DNA from: Patescibacteria group bacterium
Lineage (GTDB): Bacteria; Patescibacteriota; Minisyncoccia; Phycocordibacterales; UBA918
DNA length: 64,000 nucleotides
Assembly (NCBI GenBank): GCA_019750255.1
Contig: JAIEOU010000005.1
Coordinates: 14,078-78,077, forward strand
Direction: 5' to 3'
Shown: piece after piece, positions 23,042 through 32,436 of the stretch
How the letters are laid out: every line of letters begins with the position of its first letter
Numbering within the stretch: position 1 is the first letter of the stretch
Program-made: the position numbers and the translations under genes
Notes under the pieces: generated by a model
The model's input: only the letters and a program-made list of their open reading frames with translations
What the model was told of the DNA's origin: nothing
Databases searched by the model: none

Positions 23042-23165
23042 TTGGGATATCGTCTAATGGAAAGCAAAGCTTCCTTGAACGGCGCTCGCACAATGGATGT
23101 AAGTACTCTTCCATCCCCGTGCTCGCTTGTTCAAGTAGGACAGCGAACTGCCTTTCCATTAGACG
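23042..23165. repeat. Hairpin element containing sense and antisense copies of the tRNA-Gln 5' end
   Basis: 23042-23060 identical to 23185-23203; 23051-23064 and 23152-23165 are a 14-bp inverted repeat. Confidence 0.85.
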
Positions 23166-23185
23166 GACGGCAGGGTGAAACGTAT

Positions 23186-23256
23186 TGGGATATCGTCTAA
23201 TGGTAGGACAGAGGCCTTTGAAGCCTTTAATTGGGGTTCGAATCCCTGTATCCCAG
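23186..23256 (+). tRNA. tRNA-Gln(TTG)
   Basis: tgggata/tatccca acceptor; gaggc-ctTTGaa-gcctt. Confidence 0.93.
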
Positions 23257-23295
23257 CTCATAGAAAAACAACCACTCTTGTGGTTGTTTTTCGTT

Positions 23296-23533
23296 TATGA
23301 GCTGGGATACAGGGATTCGAAAAGCGCAGCAATGTGAGGAGCTTTTACTAAAGCGACGAACCAGCGAGCTGGGGTCGAGAGCACTTACTAGAATTGGAGC
23401 GTCAGCGAACAATTATAGTTAGTGACTCGTGACCGAATCCCTGTATCCCAGCTCGAGTAAAACACCCGTCAGGGTGCTTTTACGTAGTGCTGGGATACGT
23501 AAGGTCTGGGAGACCTTGCGTCAGGGATTCGAA
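23296..23533 (+). repeat. tRNA-end-bracketed structured element (Gln copy) plus start of a second cycle
   Basis: Antisense tRNA 3' end 23296-23321 (26/26), core 23322-23433, sense copy 23434-23454, interrupted antisense copy 23489-23533. Confidence 0.88.
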
Positions 23534-23719
23534 ACCCGATTGAGCATAATTTTGCGCGAAGTGAACTATATGTACGATTGCAATAGTCCCTATGGATTTT
23601 TAGAGCCCTTCAGCTCGTTGGATTGTAAAAAATATCGGTCTTAACTGGTGATACACTGATTACTCGAACAGGCACATGTTGATATTCTTTAAATCATACC
23701 GACTCCCACTTTGAAACTC

Positions 23720-25243
23720 ATGAGACAAATATTATTTGGCTTTTTACTGCTCCTCGTTTTACCGCTTCCGTTTTTGGCCGATGCACACAGTAATGAAGAT
23801 TTAGAACCGGTCACAATTATAATGACCGAACGCGGCTATGATGTAAAAACTTTAGAAATTGAAGTCGGGCAAAGGGTCATATTTAAGAATGAAGGGTCTG
23901 AGGGCCTTTGGCCGGCATCAAACATTCATCCTACTCACGAAATATATTCAGAATTTGACCCGAAAAAACCTATTCTGCCTGGTCAGTCGTGGGAGTTCAC
24001 CTTCGATAAGGAAGGAGAGTGGAGATTTCACGATCACCTGCTTCCGACCATTGTCGGCACCATCAGAGTTGTGTCCTCAAATGATGTGAGTGTGGAGAGT
24101 AAAGAAGTTCACGGTGAGCGCTCTGGCGTCTTCAGTAAAGTAAAAACATTTTTTGTAAATTTGATTAACTCACTTTTTGCATCCAATCGGTCGACAAGTG
24201 AAGTCGCTGAAAACACTCTGAATCTGCCAACGGTAACAAGGGACACTAAGGAGATTTTTTCAAACGACGAACTCCTTAAGTCATATGTGCAAAGCTTTGG
24301 ACCTAAAGCGACTGTCGAGTATTTGCATGAGCTTTCAGCTGAGTTTGGCGACTGCCATCAAAGCGCCCACGCTGCTGGTCATTTTGCGTATGAACTTTAT
24401 GGTAGCGAAGCGTTTCAAGCTTGTAGCGCTCAGTGTCACTCAGGTTGCTACCATGGAGCAACCGAAGCCTATTTTGGTGAACATGGTACCAAGGACTTAG
24501 CAAAAAATTTGGGTATTATCTGTGGCTCAGTATCCAATCCATTTTTTAGCCATCAGTGCATTCATGGCGTAGGTCATGGTTTAACCGCCTGGACCAGTTA
24601 TGATGTGCCTGAAGCCCTTAGGGCCTGTGACTTGCTTCCAAGCGGGCATGAGTCTTGCTACACGGGTGTTTTTATGGAAAACGTAGTTGGTGGAATTGCT
24701 AAAGATGAAGCAAAAAACAGTGAGGAAACTGCCCATGTTACCCAATACCTAAGTCAAGACCCGCAGTTTCCCTGCACTGTGGTAGATGAGAAATATAAAG
24801 CTTCATGTTACATATTCCAAACGTCTCGAATGGTCCAGTTGTATGATGGGGATTTTTCTAAGGTAGCTAAAGCCTGTCTTGCTGCTCCCGAGCTGTATCG
24901 AGCACATTGTTTCCAGAGTATGGGGCGTGATGTTGGTGGAGTAAATCGGGGAAATCCGAGCAGAGCGATTGCTGAATGTAAACATGTACCAGATGGAAAC
25001 TTCCGTAGTGATTGTTTGGTGGGGGCGGTACAAGATTCATTCTGGGACTCGTCAGGACACGATGTGGCCATAAATTTTTGCAAACTTTTAGTCGATAGCA
25101 CTGAAAAACATCACTGCTATAAAACAATTATTGAACGAGCGCCGCAGGTAATTGAAGCTAAAACCGACCGCCACATATTCTGCAATAAAGTTGAAACTCC
25201 TTTTCAGCAGGACTGTGCTGCAGTCATTGATCTAAACATTTAA
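23720..25243 (+). CDS. Exported cupredoxin-like domain plus Cys/His-rich repeat domain protein
   Basis: Signal peptide; WPASNIHPTH...FHDHL cupredoxin-like region; CHQSAHAAGH, GCYHG, CIHGVGHG, CYTGVFMEN motifs. Confidence 0.7.
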   Translation: MRQILFGFLLLLVLPLPFLADAHSNEDLEPVTIIMTERGYDVKTLEIEVGQRVIFKNEGSEGLWPASNIHPTHEIYSEFDPKKPILPGQSWEFTFDKEGEWRFHDHLLPTIVGTIRVVSSNDVSVESKEVHGERSGVFSKVKTFFVNLINSLFASNRSTSEVAENTLNLPTVTRDTKEIFSNDELLKSYVQSFGPKATVEYLHELSAEFGDCHQSAHAAGHFAYELYGSEAFQACSAQCHSGCYHGATEAYFGEHGTKDLAKNLGIICGSVSNPFFSHQCIHGVGHGLTAWTSYDVPEALRACDLLPSGHESCYTGVFMENVVGGIAKDEAKNSEETAHVTQYLSQDPQFPCTVVDEKYKASCYIFQTSRMVQLYDGDFSKVAKACLAAPELYRAHCFQSMGRDVGGVNRGNPSRAIAECKHVPDGNFRSDCLVGAVQDSFWDSSGHDVAINFCKLLVDSTEKHHCYKTIIERAPQVIEAKTDRHIFCNKVETPFQQDCAAVIDLNI

Positions 25244-25765
25244 GTTACCTGATAACCCTTCAAATTTTAGATAATATTAATACTTTGAAACGTTTTTTGT
25301 GAGCACTTCTGAAGAGTAATAATACACAGTGTGAGAGGGACAATAGTTGTGCGCTGAATGACTGTACCTAGCTCAAGTGACCAGAACTCCGGTGTGGTGC
25401 AGGTCTCGGCCGTCTCTTCTCACTGGCCACAGAAAAAGATTGCGCTATCGATTGATTTCACTGGTAGAGACCGTAAAGCTCAAAAAGCTGACCGATTAAC
25501 ACGTGTGCGTAATGGAAGTAGAGGCTCAACGGCTGTAATAAAAAGAAACATCCACCCGCTATTACTATACGGTTCGGATTCATCACCTGCGTTTGTCTTT
25601 GGCGCAGGCGTACGGGAGCACTTTTCGGTAACATGGAAGACGCAAAGAGCATATTCTTTTGACTCTTTGTGTCCGACTTCTGCAGTTATGAATTTATTTA
25701 TGCTAATCCCTGCTTAGCAAGGACGCATAGTGTTGAGTATTACCCATAATATATTTCCACCTTTT

Positions 25766-26266
25766 ATGAAAAACGAACTCCAGAATAGAGATGATCACAA
25801 TCAACCTCACTCGCGTCGTGACGAATTCGCTAACCCGTTATCTCTGATTGATAAATTTTTTGAAGCTTCATCGGAGCCGTTTTCTCTGATGCCGCCGAGC
25901 CTCTTGCGTAATCGGGGATTTGGCACTGTTTCATCAATATTTCCTAAAGTAGATGTTGAAGAGACTGATCAGGAAATCAGGGTTGTCGCCAATGTTCCAG
26001 GCATAGATGCGCAGAACATTATTGTGGAGGTGGGGGACGACTACCTGTCGCTATCCGGTACGATTGATAAGGAAACGAAAGATGAAAAGAAAGGTAAGGT
26101 CTACCGCTACGAGCGCGAAAACGGTGAGTTCAGGCGCGAGTTTGCTCTTCCAGCTCGAGTGAATAAGAACGAAATAGTGGCAAGGTCAAAAAACGGGGTA
26201 CTTACCATCACCTTACCGAAGTCGGAAGAGGAACAGAAGAAACGCGTCAAGATACAAGTGGAATAA
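25766..26266 (+). CDS. Hsp20/alpha-crystallin small heat-shock protein
   Basis: PKVDVEET, ER.NGEFRREFALP, NGVLTITLPK. Confidence 0.93.
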   Translation: MKNELQNRDDHNQPHSRRDEFANPLSLIDKFFEASSEPFSLMPPSLLRNRGFGTVSSIFPKVDVEETDQEIRVVANVPGIDAQNIIVEVGDDYLSLSGTIDKETKDEKKGKVYRYERENGEFRREFALPARVNKNEIVARSKNGVLTITLPKSEEEQKKRVKIQVE

Positions 26267-26492
26267 ATTTACGTATTACTGCGGGGCGGGTCATGTATAG
26301 ACGTTGGGTAAAGAAATAAAATATCTAAAAGTAGTTAATGATTTCTTGCGTGGTTCAGGGCGTTATTCGGTTTACGATGTTCAGAGAACCACACCACATG
26401 TATGGATGTGGCCATTACTTACGCGAATCGTTGGAAGCAGGCAGCGTGAACCAAGTGCTGATCTGAGAATGATTTTGGTATAATTACTGAGT

Positions 26493-26771
26493 ATGACAAC
26501 GCTTGCTGCAGGAGTAATTCATTCAGTGCCGGTTGATATGCGGCGCGCCTTGTTGCAGTCAGGTAAGGTGAGTACTGCTTGGAACAGCCTTACGCCGCTC
26601 GCACGAAACGAGTGGATTTGTTGGACAACCTCAGTTAAAAGATCAGAGACGAGAGCGGCGCACATCGAGCGGCTGGTGTACGACATCACTCACGGTAAGC
26701 GGCGACCATGTTGCTGGCCTGGGTGTTCGCATCGAAGCAAAGTTCAGGCATCGATTAAGTCTAGGAAGTAA
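26493..26771 (+). CDS. YdeI/OmpD-associated family protein
   Basis: LTPLARNEWICW...ETR..HI...GKRRPCCWPGC. Confidence 0.85.
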   Translation: MTTLAAGVIHSVPVDMRRALLQSGKVSTAWNSLTPLARNEWICWTTSVKRSETRAAHIERLVYDITHGKRRPCCWPGCSHRSKVQASIKSRK

Positions 26772-26802
26772 AGTGGTATGGCTTGGCTCACGCCACACCG
26801 AT

Positions 26803-27186
26803 CTACTGCTTGCTGCGTTTGAAGCAGTCGAGACACTTGAGGTTGCTTGTGTTTCGTGGAGTGAACGGAAGGGAGGCAATTGATCCGCCACAGCTTGAGC
26901 AGACCCAACTGCCCTCGACCTTCGGCTTTTCTGTGCTCATGGGAGATTCTCCAAGACCAAGGTCGTCGCCGTGCGCCGGTTCGCTGGCGAGTGGGGCGTC
27001 AAAAGGGAAGTCGGGGGCCTCGGATGCGACTGTCATCATCGGTTCAGATGATTCTGTTGGCTTGGCGCCGTTTTTGCCTTTGGCGTAGCAGGTGCGGCAG
27101 GTGAGACCTGAATCGCTCCGGGGTGTAAAGGGTAATTCGGTAATGGTTCCTCCGCATTGACTGCACTTCCAGTTTCCTTGTGGCAT
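26803..27186 (-). CDS. Protein with two CxxC-x17-CxxC zinc-ribbon domains
   Basis: CSQC...LPFTP...CRTC and CSSC...LPFTP...CLDC; ATG 27186. Confidence 0.85.
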   Translation of the reverse strand: MPQGNWKCSQCGGTITELPFTPRSDSGLTCRTCYAKGKNGAKPTESSEPMMTVASEAPDFPFDAPLASEPAHGDDLGLGESPMSTEKPKVEGSWVCSSCGGSIASLPFTPRNTSNLKCLDCFKRSKQ

Positions 27187-27541
27187 ATGTTGTAAATTAT
27201 TGTGGGCACAGTATACGCCATAACCCCAGAAGCAGTCAGGGTTTGGATGGTAATTCTGGGGTAGAAGCGAAGTCAACACAATAAAGCGGAGATGCAATGA
27301 TAGTCTCATCATGTTCTTAAGCCCCTCACCGTTGCTTAAGGAGGATAGCTGCTGTAGCGGATTTTAATATATAAACTGCATAAAGAGCCTAATGCTGTGG
27401 GGGTTGCGAAGCATATGCATCGGGTACTAGTGATCAATGGTCCGATTTGACCGTCAGTAACCTTGCGCAAGGATGGCTGGTTTATGGATACTCCTTTATC
27501 CCCGGGTGTAATTCCGCAGGTTTGTTATATTGGTGCACGTT

Positions 27542-28504
27542 ATGTTACTTACCACAGTTTTGTTTTTTATTGGATTTGTTTTATTAATCAAGGGAGCTGA
27601 TTTATTGGTAGAAGGAGCTTCTTCGCTTGCTACTCGCCTTGGGGTTTCGGCGCTGGTGGTCGGTTTAACTATTGTGGCCTTTGGTACATCGGCCCCGGAA
27701 TTAATCGTTAATCTCCTCGCGAGCATTAATGGTAATACTGATATAGCGATTGGAAATATTCTTGGAAGCAATATTGTTAACATTCTGATTATTCTTGGTG
27801 TAACCGCGGTCATTTATCCACTCACTGTTGGCCGGGGTACTGTCTGGAAGGAAATCCCGTTCGCGTTACTCGCAGTGGTGGTGCTTGGCTTTGTTGCCAT
27901 GGATACCGTCATTGACGGCGCGGCTACTTCGACCATAACCCGTGGTGACGGGCTGGTGCTTATTGCGTTCTTTGTCATCTTTCTTTATTACATCTTTAGC
28001 CTTGCTAAAAGTGATGCCGGGAGCGCGTCAGAACCGGTACCCGTTAAGCACACCTATACTCGCTCGGCCGTGATGATTGGTGTTGGGTTGGCAGGGCTGG
28101 TGGTGGGTGGTAAGTGGATAGTGGATGGAGCGGTAACGTTTGCGACGGCTCTTGGGGTAAGTCAGGCGCTTATTGGTCTGACGGTGGTGGCTATCGGGAC
28201 GTCCTTACCTGAACTTGCGACCTCAGTAACGGCGGCGCTTAAGAGAAATATCGATATTGCGGTAGGAAATGTGATCGGTTCAAACATCTTTAATATATTT
28301 TGGATTTTGGGCATCTCCGCATTTATTACTCCCTTACCATTTTCACCAGCCCTGGCGGTCGATTTAGCAGTAACCCTGGGCGCCACACTCGTGCTCTTCA
28401 TGGCCCTATTTGTGGGAAAGCGACACACGCTTGAACGCTGGCAGGGTGTGCTGTTCATCATTACTTATGTCGTTTACGTGGTCTTTCTCATTGCTCGAGG
28501 ATAG
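27542..28504 (+). CDS. Calcium/sodium antiporter (YrbG-like)
   Basis: Two alpha repeats GTSAPEL / GTSLPEL with GSNI.N. Confidence 0.93.
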   Translation: MLLTTVLFFIGFVLLIKGADLLVEGASSLATRLGVSALVVGLTIVAFGTSAPELIVNLLASINGNTDIAIGNILGSNIVNILIILGVTAVIYPLTVGRGTVWKEIPFALLAVVVLGFVAMDTVIDGAATSTITRGDGLVLIAFFVIFLYYIFSLAKSDAGSASEPVPVKHTYTRSAVMIGVGLAGLVVGGKWIVDGAVTFATALGVSQALIGLTVVAIGTSLPELATSVTAALKRNIDIAVGNVIGSNIFNIFWILGISAFITPLPFSPALAVDLAVTLGATLVLFMALFVGKRHTLERWQGVLFIITYVVYVVFLIARG

Positions 28505-28603
28505 TGTCCGTGATGCGCGCCAGGATGGGAAATAATACGTCCATTAAAGGGTGTGTTGTGGCTTTATTGTCAAAGTTATATTTATATGATATAATCCGAA
28601 ACA

Positions 28604-29200
28604 ATGAAAAACTTTAAATCAGGCGGCTTCCGTAAGGAGCGCGGTGGAGACGGGATGTTTCCGCGAGGTGGGGGAGCAAAGCGACCGGGGGGAAGTTACA
28701 CAAAGCGTCCTGAACGGTCGTCCGGAGGAGATCGTGAGAACCGAGAAATGTTTACCGCTCAGTGCACAATGTGTGGCAAGTCCTGCGAAGTGCCTTTCCG
28801 TCCAAGTGGTGATCGGCCAGTGCTCTGTCGTGATTGCTATGTCCGTAAGGATGGTGATGCGCCGCGCGAGGATCGTCGTCCAGACGCGCGAGCTAATGAC
28901 GGAGCTCGTCCCCAGCGTCGCGATGAGCGTGCCCCAGCCGAGTATCCAACCGTTCGTGTTGATCGGGGTATGGAAGAGGTCAAGCAAAAACTTGCGACAC
29001 TTGAAGCTAAGCTCAACCGAATTCTAGATCTGATTAATCCACCACAGCCTCGAGCGATTGTTCCTGAAGAAGCGGCTCCAGCAAAGGTGGTAAAGGTGGC
29101 AAAGGTTGCAGCAGAAGTGGTAGAAGTAAAAAAAGTGCGTAAAGAAAAAGTCGAGAAAGTTGCTCCAAAGAAGAAAGTGACCAAAAAATCCACGAAGTAA
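28604..29200 (+). CDS. CxxC-x17-CxxC domain protein with basic tail
   Basis: CTMCGKSCEVPFRP...VLCRDC, coiled coil, Lys-rich C-terminus. Confidence 0.88.
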   Translation: MKNFKSGGFRKERGGDGMFPRGGGAKRPGGSYTKRPERSSGGDRENREMFTAQCTMCGKSCEVPFRPSGDRPVLCRDCYVRKDGDAPREDRRPDARANDGARPQRRDERAPAEYPTVRVDRGMEEVKQKLATLEAKLNRILDLINPPQPRAIVPEEAAPAKVVKVAKVAAEVVEVKKVRKEKVEKVAPKKKVTKKSTK

Positions 29201-29260
29201 TAAAGGCCCCTGCGGGGGCTTTTATCGTGCTTGCCTGATTCAGTGTTACAATTAAAACGT

Positions 29261-31147
29261 ATGCTGCAAGCGCTCTGGTCTCACCGCTCGTTCGTTGTTC
29301 TGACAGCAGCCATCATGCTCCTGGCGTTCTTTAGCGCGCGGTGGGTATTTCTATCTATGACACCTCCTCCGCCTAAGGAAAATGCAGAGTATAAAGACAG
29401 CACGCTGCCAGCATCAGTGCGTGCACTCGATCTCCTTTCCTACATGTCACTCGAAGAAAAGGTGGGGCAGATGGCTCTGGTTGAGAAGAACAGTGTGGCG
29501 TCATCAAACGACATTGTTGCCTATGGTTTGGGCGGATTGCTGAGTGGTTCGGGAGCAAGGCCCGTGGACAACTCATTTAGTGGGTGGCGCACGATGATCG
29601 ATGACTATATGGATACCGCCCGTAGCTCACGCCTTGGTATTCCATTACTGTATGGGGTTGATGCGGTCCACGGACATGCGCATGTGCCGGGGGCGACCAT
29701 TTTTCCGCATGCTATTGGTTTGGGGGCTGCGGCTGATCCGGCGCTTGTCGAGGCGATTGGCAGAGCAACTGCTCGTGAGCTTTCCGCTACGAGTATTAAC
29801 TGGAATTACGCACCTACACTCGACCTGCCTCGCGACATACGCTGGGGGCGTGTATATGAAAGTTTTTCTGATGATGCGGAGCTTGCTGGAATTCTGGGGG
29901 CGGCCTATGTGCGCGGGCTTCAGGGTGCTAACACTGCGGGCGAAGAAAAAGTGGTGCTGGCGACACTGAAGCACTACATCGGTCTGGGTTCCATGCAGTG
30001 GGATACCTCGAGCAATAAAAATTTTCGAATTGATCAAGGCCTTACCGTTGCGGATGATGCTGCCTTGCGCAGTGATTACCTGCCGGCTTTTGCGACCGGC
30101 GTTGCGGCCGGAGCGGGGAGCGTGATGGTGGGATTAAATACCTGGGGCAAAAAGAAACTGGCGGCCGAATCATATTTGATAACTGATGTGTTGAAGGGAG
30201 AGCTCGGCTTTAAAGGGTTTGTTGTGTCTGACTGGTACGGTGTGTATGAAATTCCTGGCCCCCGCTTTTTCGCGACGGCAGAAGCGGTTAATGCAGGGGT
30301 GGATATGGTTATGTTACCGTTTGACTATAAAGCCTTCACTCGCCATATGAAGATTGCCGTATGGCTGGGGCTCGTGTCACAAGCCAGAGTTGATGATGCT
30401 GTGGTGCGAATACTGGAAGCCAAGTTCGCCTTGGGTTTATTTGATGATAGGGAAGTGCCGGTGTCGTACGATGAGGTAGCGCACAGCAACCTCGCACGAA
30501 CCGCAGTGGCAGCGTCGCAGGTGTTACTTAAAAATGATAATTCGCTCCTGCCGCTTAGCTCAAACACTCGCCATATTAGGGTGGTTGGGAGCGCCGCCAA
30601 TAACGTAGGGATGCAAGCTGGCGCCTGGACAGTGGAGTGGCAGGGAGTTGATGGGAACTGGCTGCCAAACACTACTTCAATCCTGGCTGGGATAAAAGAA
30701 GCGGTGGCGCCGGGAGTTATTGTTGAATACGATGAGCGGGGCGAGTTTGCTCCGGGTAGTAAACGAGCACCCGTGGGGATTGCGGTTGTGGGTGAGCGGC
30801 CGTATGCAGAAGGGTGGGGTGACAAGGAATACCCCATGCTTGATGAGGCAGATCGCGAGGCAATCAAAAAACTCCAAGCGTCCACTGAACAGGTGGTGGT
30901 GGTGATTGTGTCGGGCCGGCCGCTTTTTATTTCGAATGAAATTGATTCGTGGGACGGGCTTGTAGCTGCCTGGTTGCCGGGCGGGGAAGGAGCAGGGGTC
31001 GCTGATGTGTTGTTCGGCAAGGTACCCTTTACGGGCACCCTACCACTGCCGTGGCCGCGCCACGCAGAACAACTACCACTGACGGCCGACGGCGTAACGG
31101 CTGACGGGACACCGATATTGTTCCCTCGTTTCTATTCGCTGCGTTAG
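29261..31147 (+). CDS. Membrane-anchored glycoside hydrolase family 3 (beta-glucosidase-like)
   Basis: DAVHG, RWGR.YES, KHY, GFVVSDW nucleophile motif, AWLPG.EG. Confidence 0.95.
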   Translation: MLQALWSHRSFVVLTAAIMLLAFFSARWVFLSMTPPPPKENAEYKDSTLPASVRALDLLSYMSLEEKVGQMALVEKNSVASSNDIVAYGLGGLLSGSGARPVDNSFSGWRTMIDDYMDTARSSRLGIPLLYGVDAVHGHAHVPGATIFPHAIGLGAAADPALVEAIGRATARELSATSINWNYAPTLDLPRDIRWGRVYESFSDDAELAGILGAAYVRGLQGANTAGEEKVVLATLKHYIGLGSMQWDTSSNKNFRIDQGLTVADDAALRSDYLPAFATGVAAGAGSVMVGLNTWGKKKLAAESYLITDVLKGELGFKGFVVSDWYGVYEIPGPRFFATAEAVNAGVDMVMLPFDYKAFTRHMKIAVWLGLVSQARVDDAVVRILEAKFALGLFDDREVPVSYDEVAHSNLARTAVAASQVLLKNDNSLLPLSSNTRHIRVVGSAANNVGMQAGAWTVEWQGVDGNWLPNTTSILAGIKEAVAPGVIVEYDERGEFAPGSKRAPVGIAVVGERPYAEGWGDKEYPMLDEADREAIKKLQASTEQVVVVIVSGRPLFISNEIDSWDGLVAAWLPGGEGAGVADVLFGKVPFTGTLPLPWPRHAEQLPLTADGVTADGTPILFPRFYSLR

Positions 31148-31214
31148 CGGGCGAAAGAAAGTGGCTTTCGTACCGTAGTAAGGGTGCTCAGCTGATTTAT
31201 TGTTAACATCTTTT

Positions 31215-31739
31215 ATGTCAATTTCATATTACGACACTACCGTACCGGTTTTTATTAAAAATCTCGAGAACCTCAAAGCCTTTATGGCCAAAGGTGTGGC
31301 ACATGCGGCACAGAACAGTGTAGCCGAAACAGATTTTCTTGCCCTGCAACTTTCGCCTGATATGTTCCCACTCATCCGCCAGATTCAGATTTCAACTGAC
31401 AACGCGAAGGGGGCGGTAGCACGACTTACTGGTGCTACTCCACTGGCTCTCCCGGATACCGAAACTACCTGGGCTGAACTGTCAGCTAGAGTTGATACGG
31501 TGATCGAGCATCTACGTACGTTTACTCCCGGGCACTTTGAAAAGGCTGGTGAAGCCGAGGTGTCTCTGCCATATTTCCCGGGTAAGTACTTTACCGGCCA
31601 TGACTATCTCGTTGAGTATGTCCTCCCAAACTTCTTCTTCCATATCAATATGGCGTACGCCATTATTCGCAGTAGTGGGGTACCCCTCGGAAAGGGTGAT
31701 TACCTTGGGTCGCTTACCCTCCACGATGTTAAGGCTTAG
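31215..31739 (+). CDS. DUF1993 family protein
   Basis: PDMFPL..QIQI, LPNFFFH..AYAI.R..GVPLGK.DY. Confidence 0.9.
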   Translation: MSISYYDTTVPVFIKNLENLKAFMAKGVAHAAQNSVAETDFLALQLSPDMFPLIRQIQISTDNAKGAVARLTGATPLALPDTETTWAELSARVDTVIEHLRTFTPGHFEKAGEAEVSLPYFPGKYFTGHDYLVEYVLPNFFFHINMAYAIIRSSGVPLGKGDYLGSLTLHDVKA

Positions 31740-31756
31740 CTAGCGCTGAACATACT

Positions 31757-32341
31757 ATGATAACTATTAAAATAATTAGTGGCTCTAGTCGTCCTCTGCG
31801 CTTTAACGATCAGCCGGTTCGGTTTGTTGAGCAGGTTGCGCGCGAGGCACTGATGAGTAAAGAGGTTACTGTTGAGGTGCTTGATCTAGCTTCCATAAAC
31901 CTCCCGTTTCTAGATGAGGCTAAGCCTCCGATGATGCAGGACTATGCACATGACCATACGAAGGTCTGGTCAAAGACCATTGCTGAGGCTGACGGCTTCA
32001 TTATGGTGACGCCCGAGTATAATCACTCCTATTCACCGGTACTGAAGAATGCTATCGATTATTTGTTTAAAGAGTGGAACCATAAGCCGGTGTCGTTTGT
32101 TAGTTACGGTTCTCTAGCGGGTGGGTCAAGGGCAGTCGAGCATTTGCGAGGTGTCGCCGGAGAGCTCAAAATGTATGACTTGCGGGAACAAGTGATGCTA
32201 CCCAACTATTGGGATCATATGACAGAAGAAGGAACGTATGATTTTACGGAACGTCACAAAGAGAGCGTGAAGGAACTCGTAGAACAGCTCACGTTTTGGG
32301 CAACGGAGATGAAGGCTGTCCGTGCCAAGATGGTCGTGTAA
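31757..32341 (+). CDS. NAD(P)H-dependent FMN reductase
   Basis: GSSRP, TPEYNHS...LKNAIDY, EWNHKP..FVSYG. Confidence 0.92.
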   Translation: MITIKIISGSSRPLRFNDQPVRFVEQVAREALMSKEVTVEVLDLASINLPFLDEAKPPMMQDYAHDHTKVWSKTIAEADGFIMVTPEYNHSYSPVLKNAIDYLFKEWNHKPVSFVSYGSLAGGSRAVEHLRGVAGELKMYDLREQVMLPNYWDHMTEEGTYDFTERHKESVKELVEQLTFWATEMKAVRAKMVV

Positions 32342-32436
32342 ATTGAATTAAAATCACTCCCTCTAATCTATTGAGGGAGTGATTTTTTTGTGGTGATAAA
32401 GAGCATGGAAGGAAAAGGTGGGAGTATAATCTAACA

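Noticed and set aside
23237-23533. CRISPR array or prophage attL/attR at tRNA-Gln
   Set aside because: Repeats alternate in orientation and are tRNA-derived; no cas or integrase gene in the window; the direct repeats are only ~195 nt apart.
25358-25717. 119-aa ORF between the cupredoxin-like gene and Hsp20
   Set aside because: No recognisable motif or start signal; not supportable as a gene.
25700-25740. CIRCE/HrcA operator upstream of Hsp20
   Set aside because: TTAGCA half-sites occur, but spacing and second arm do not fit TTAGCACTC-N9-GAGTGCTAA.
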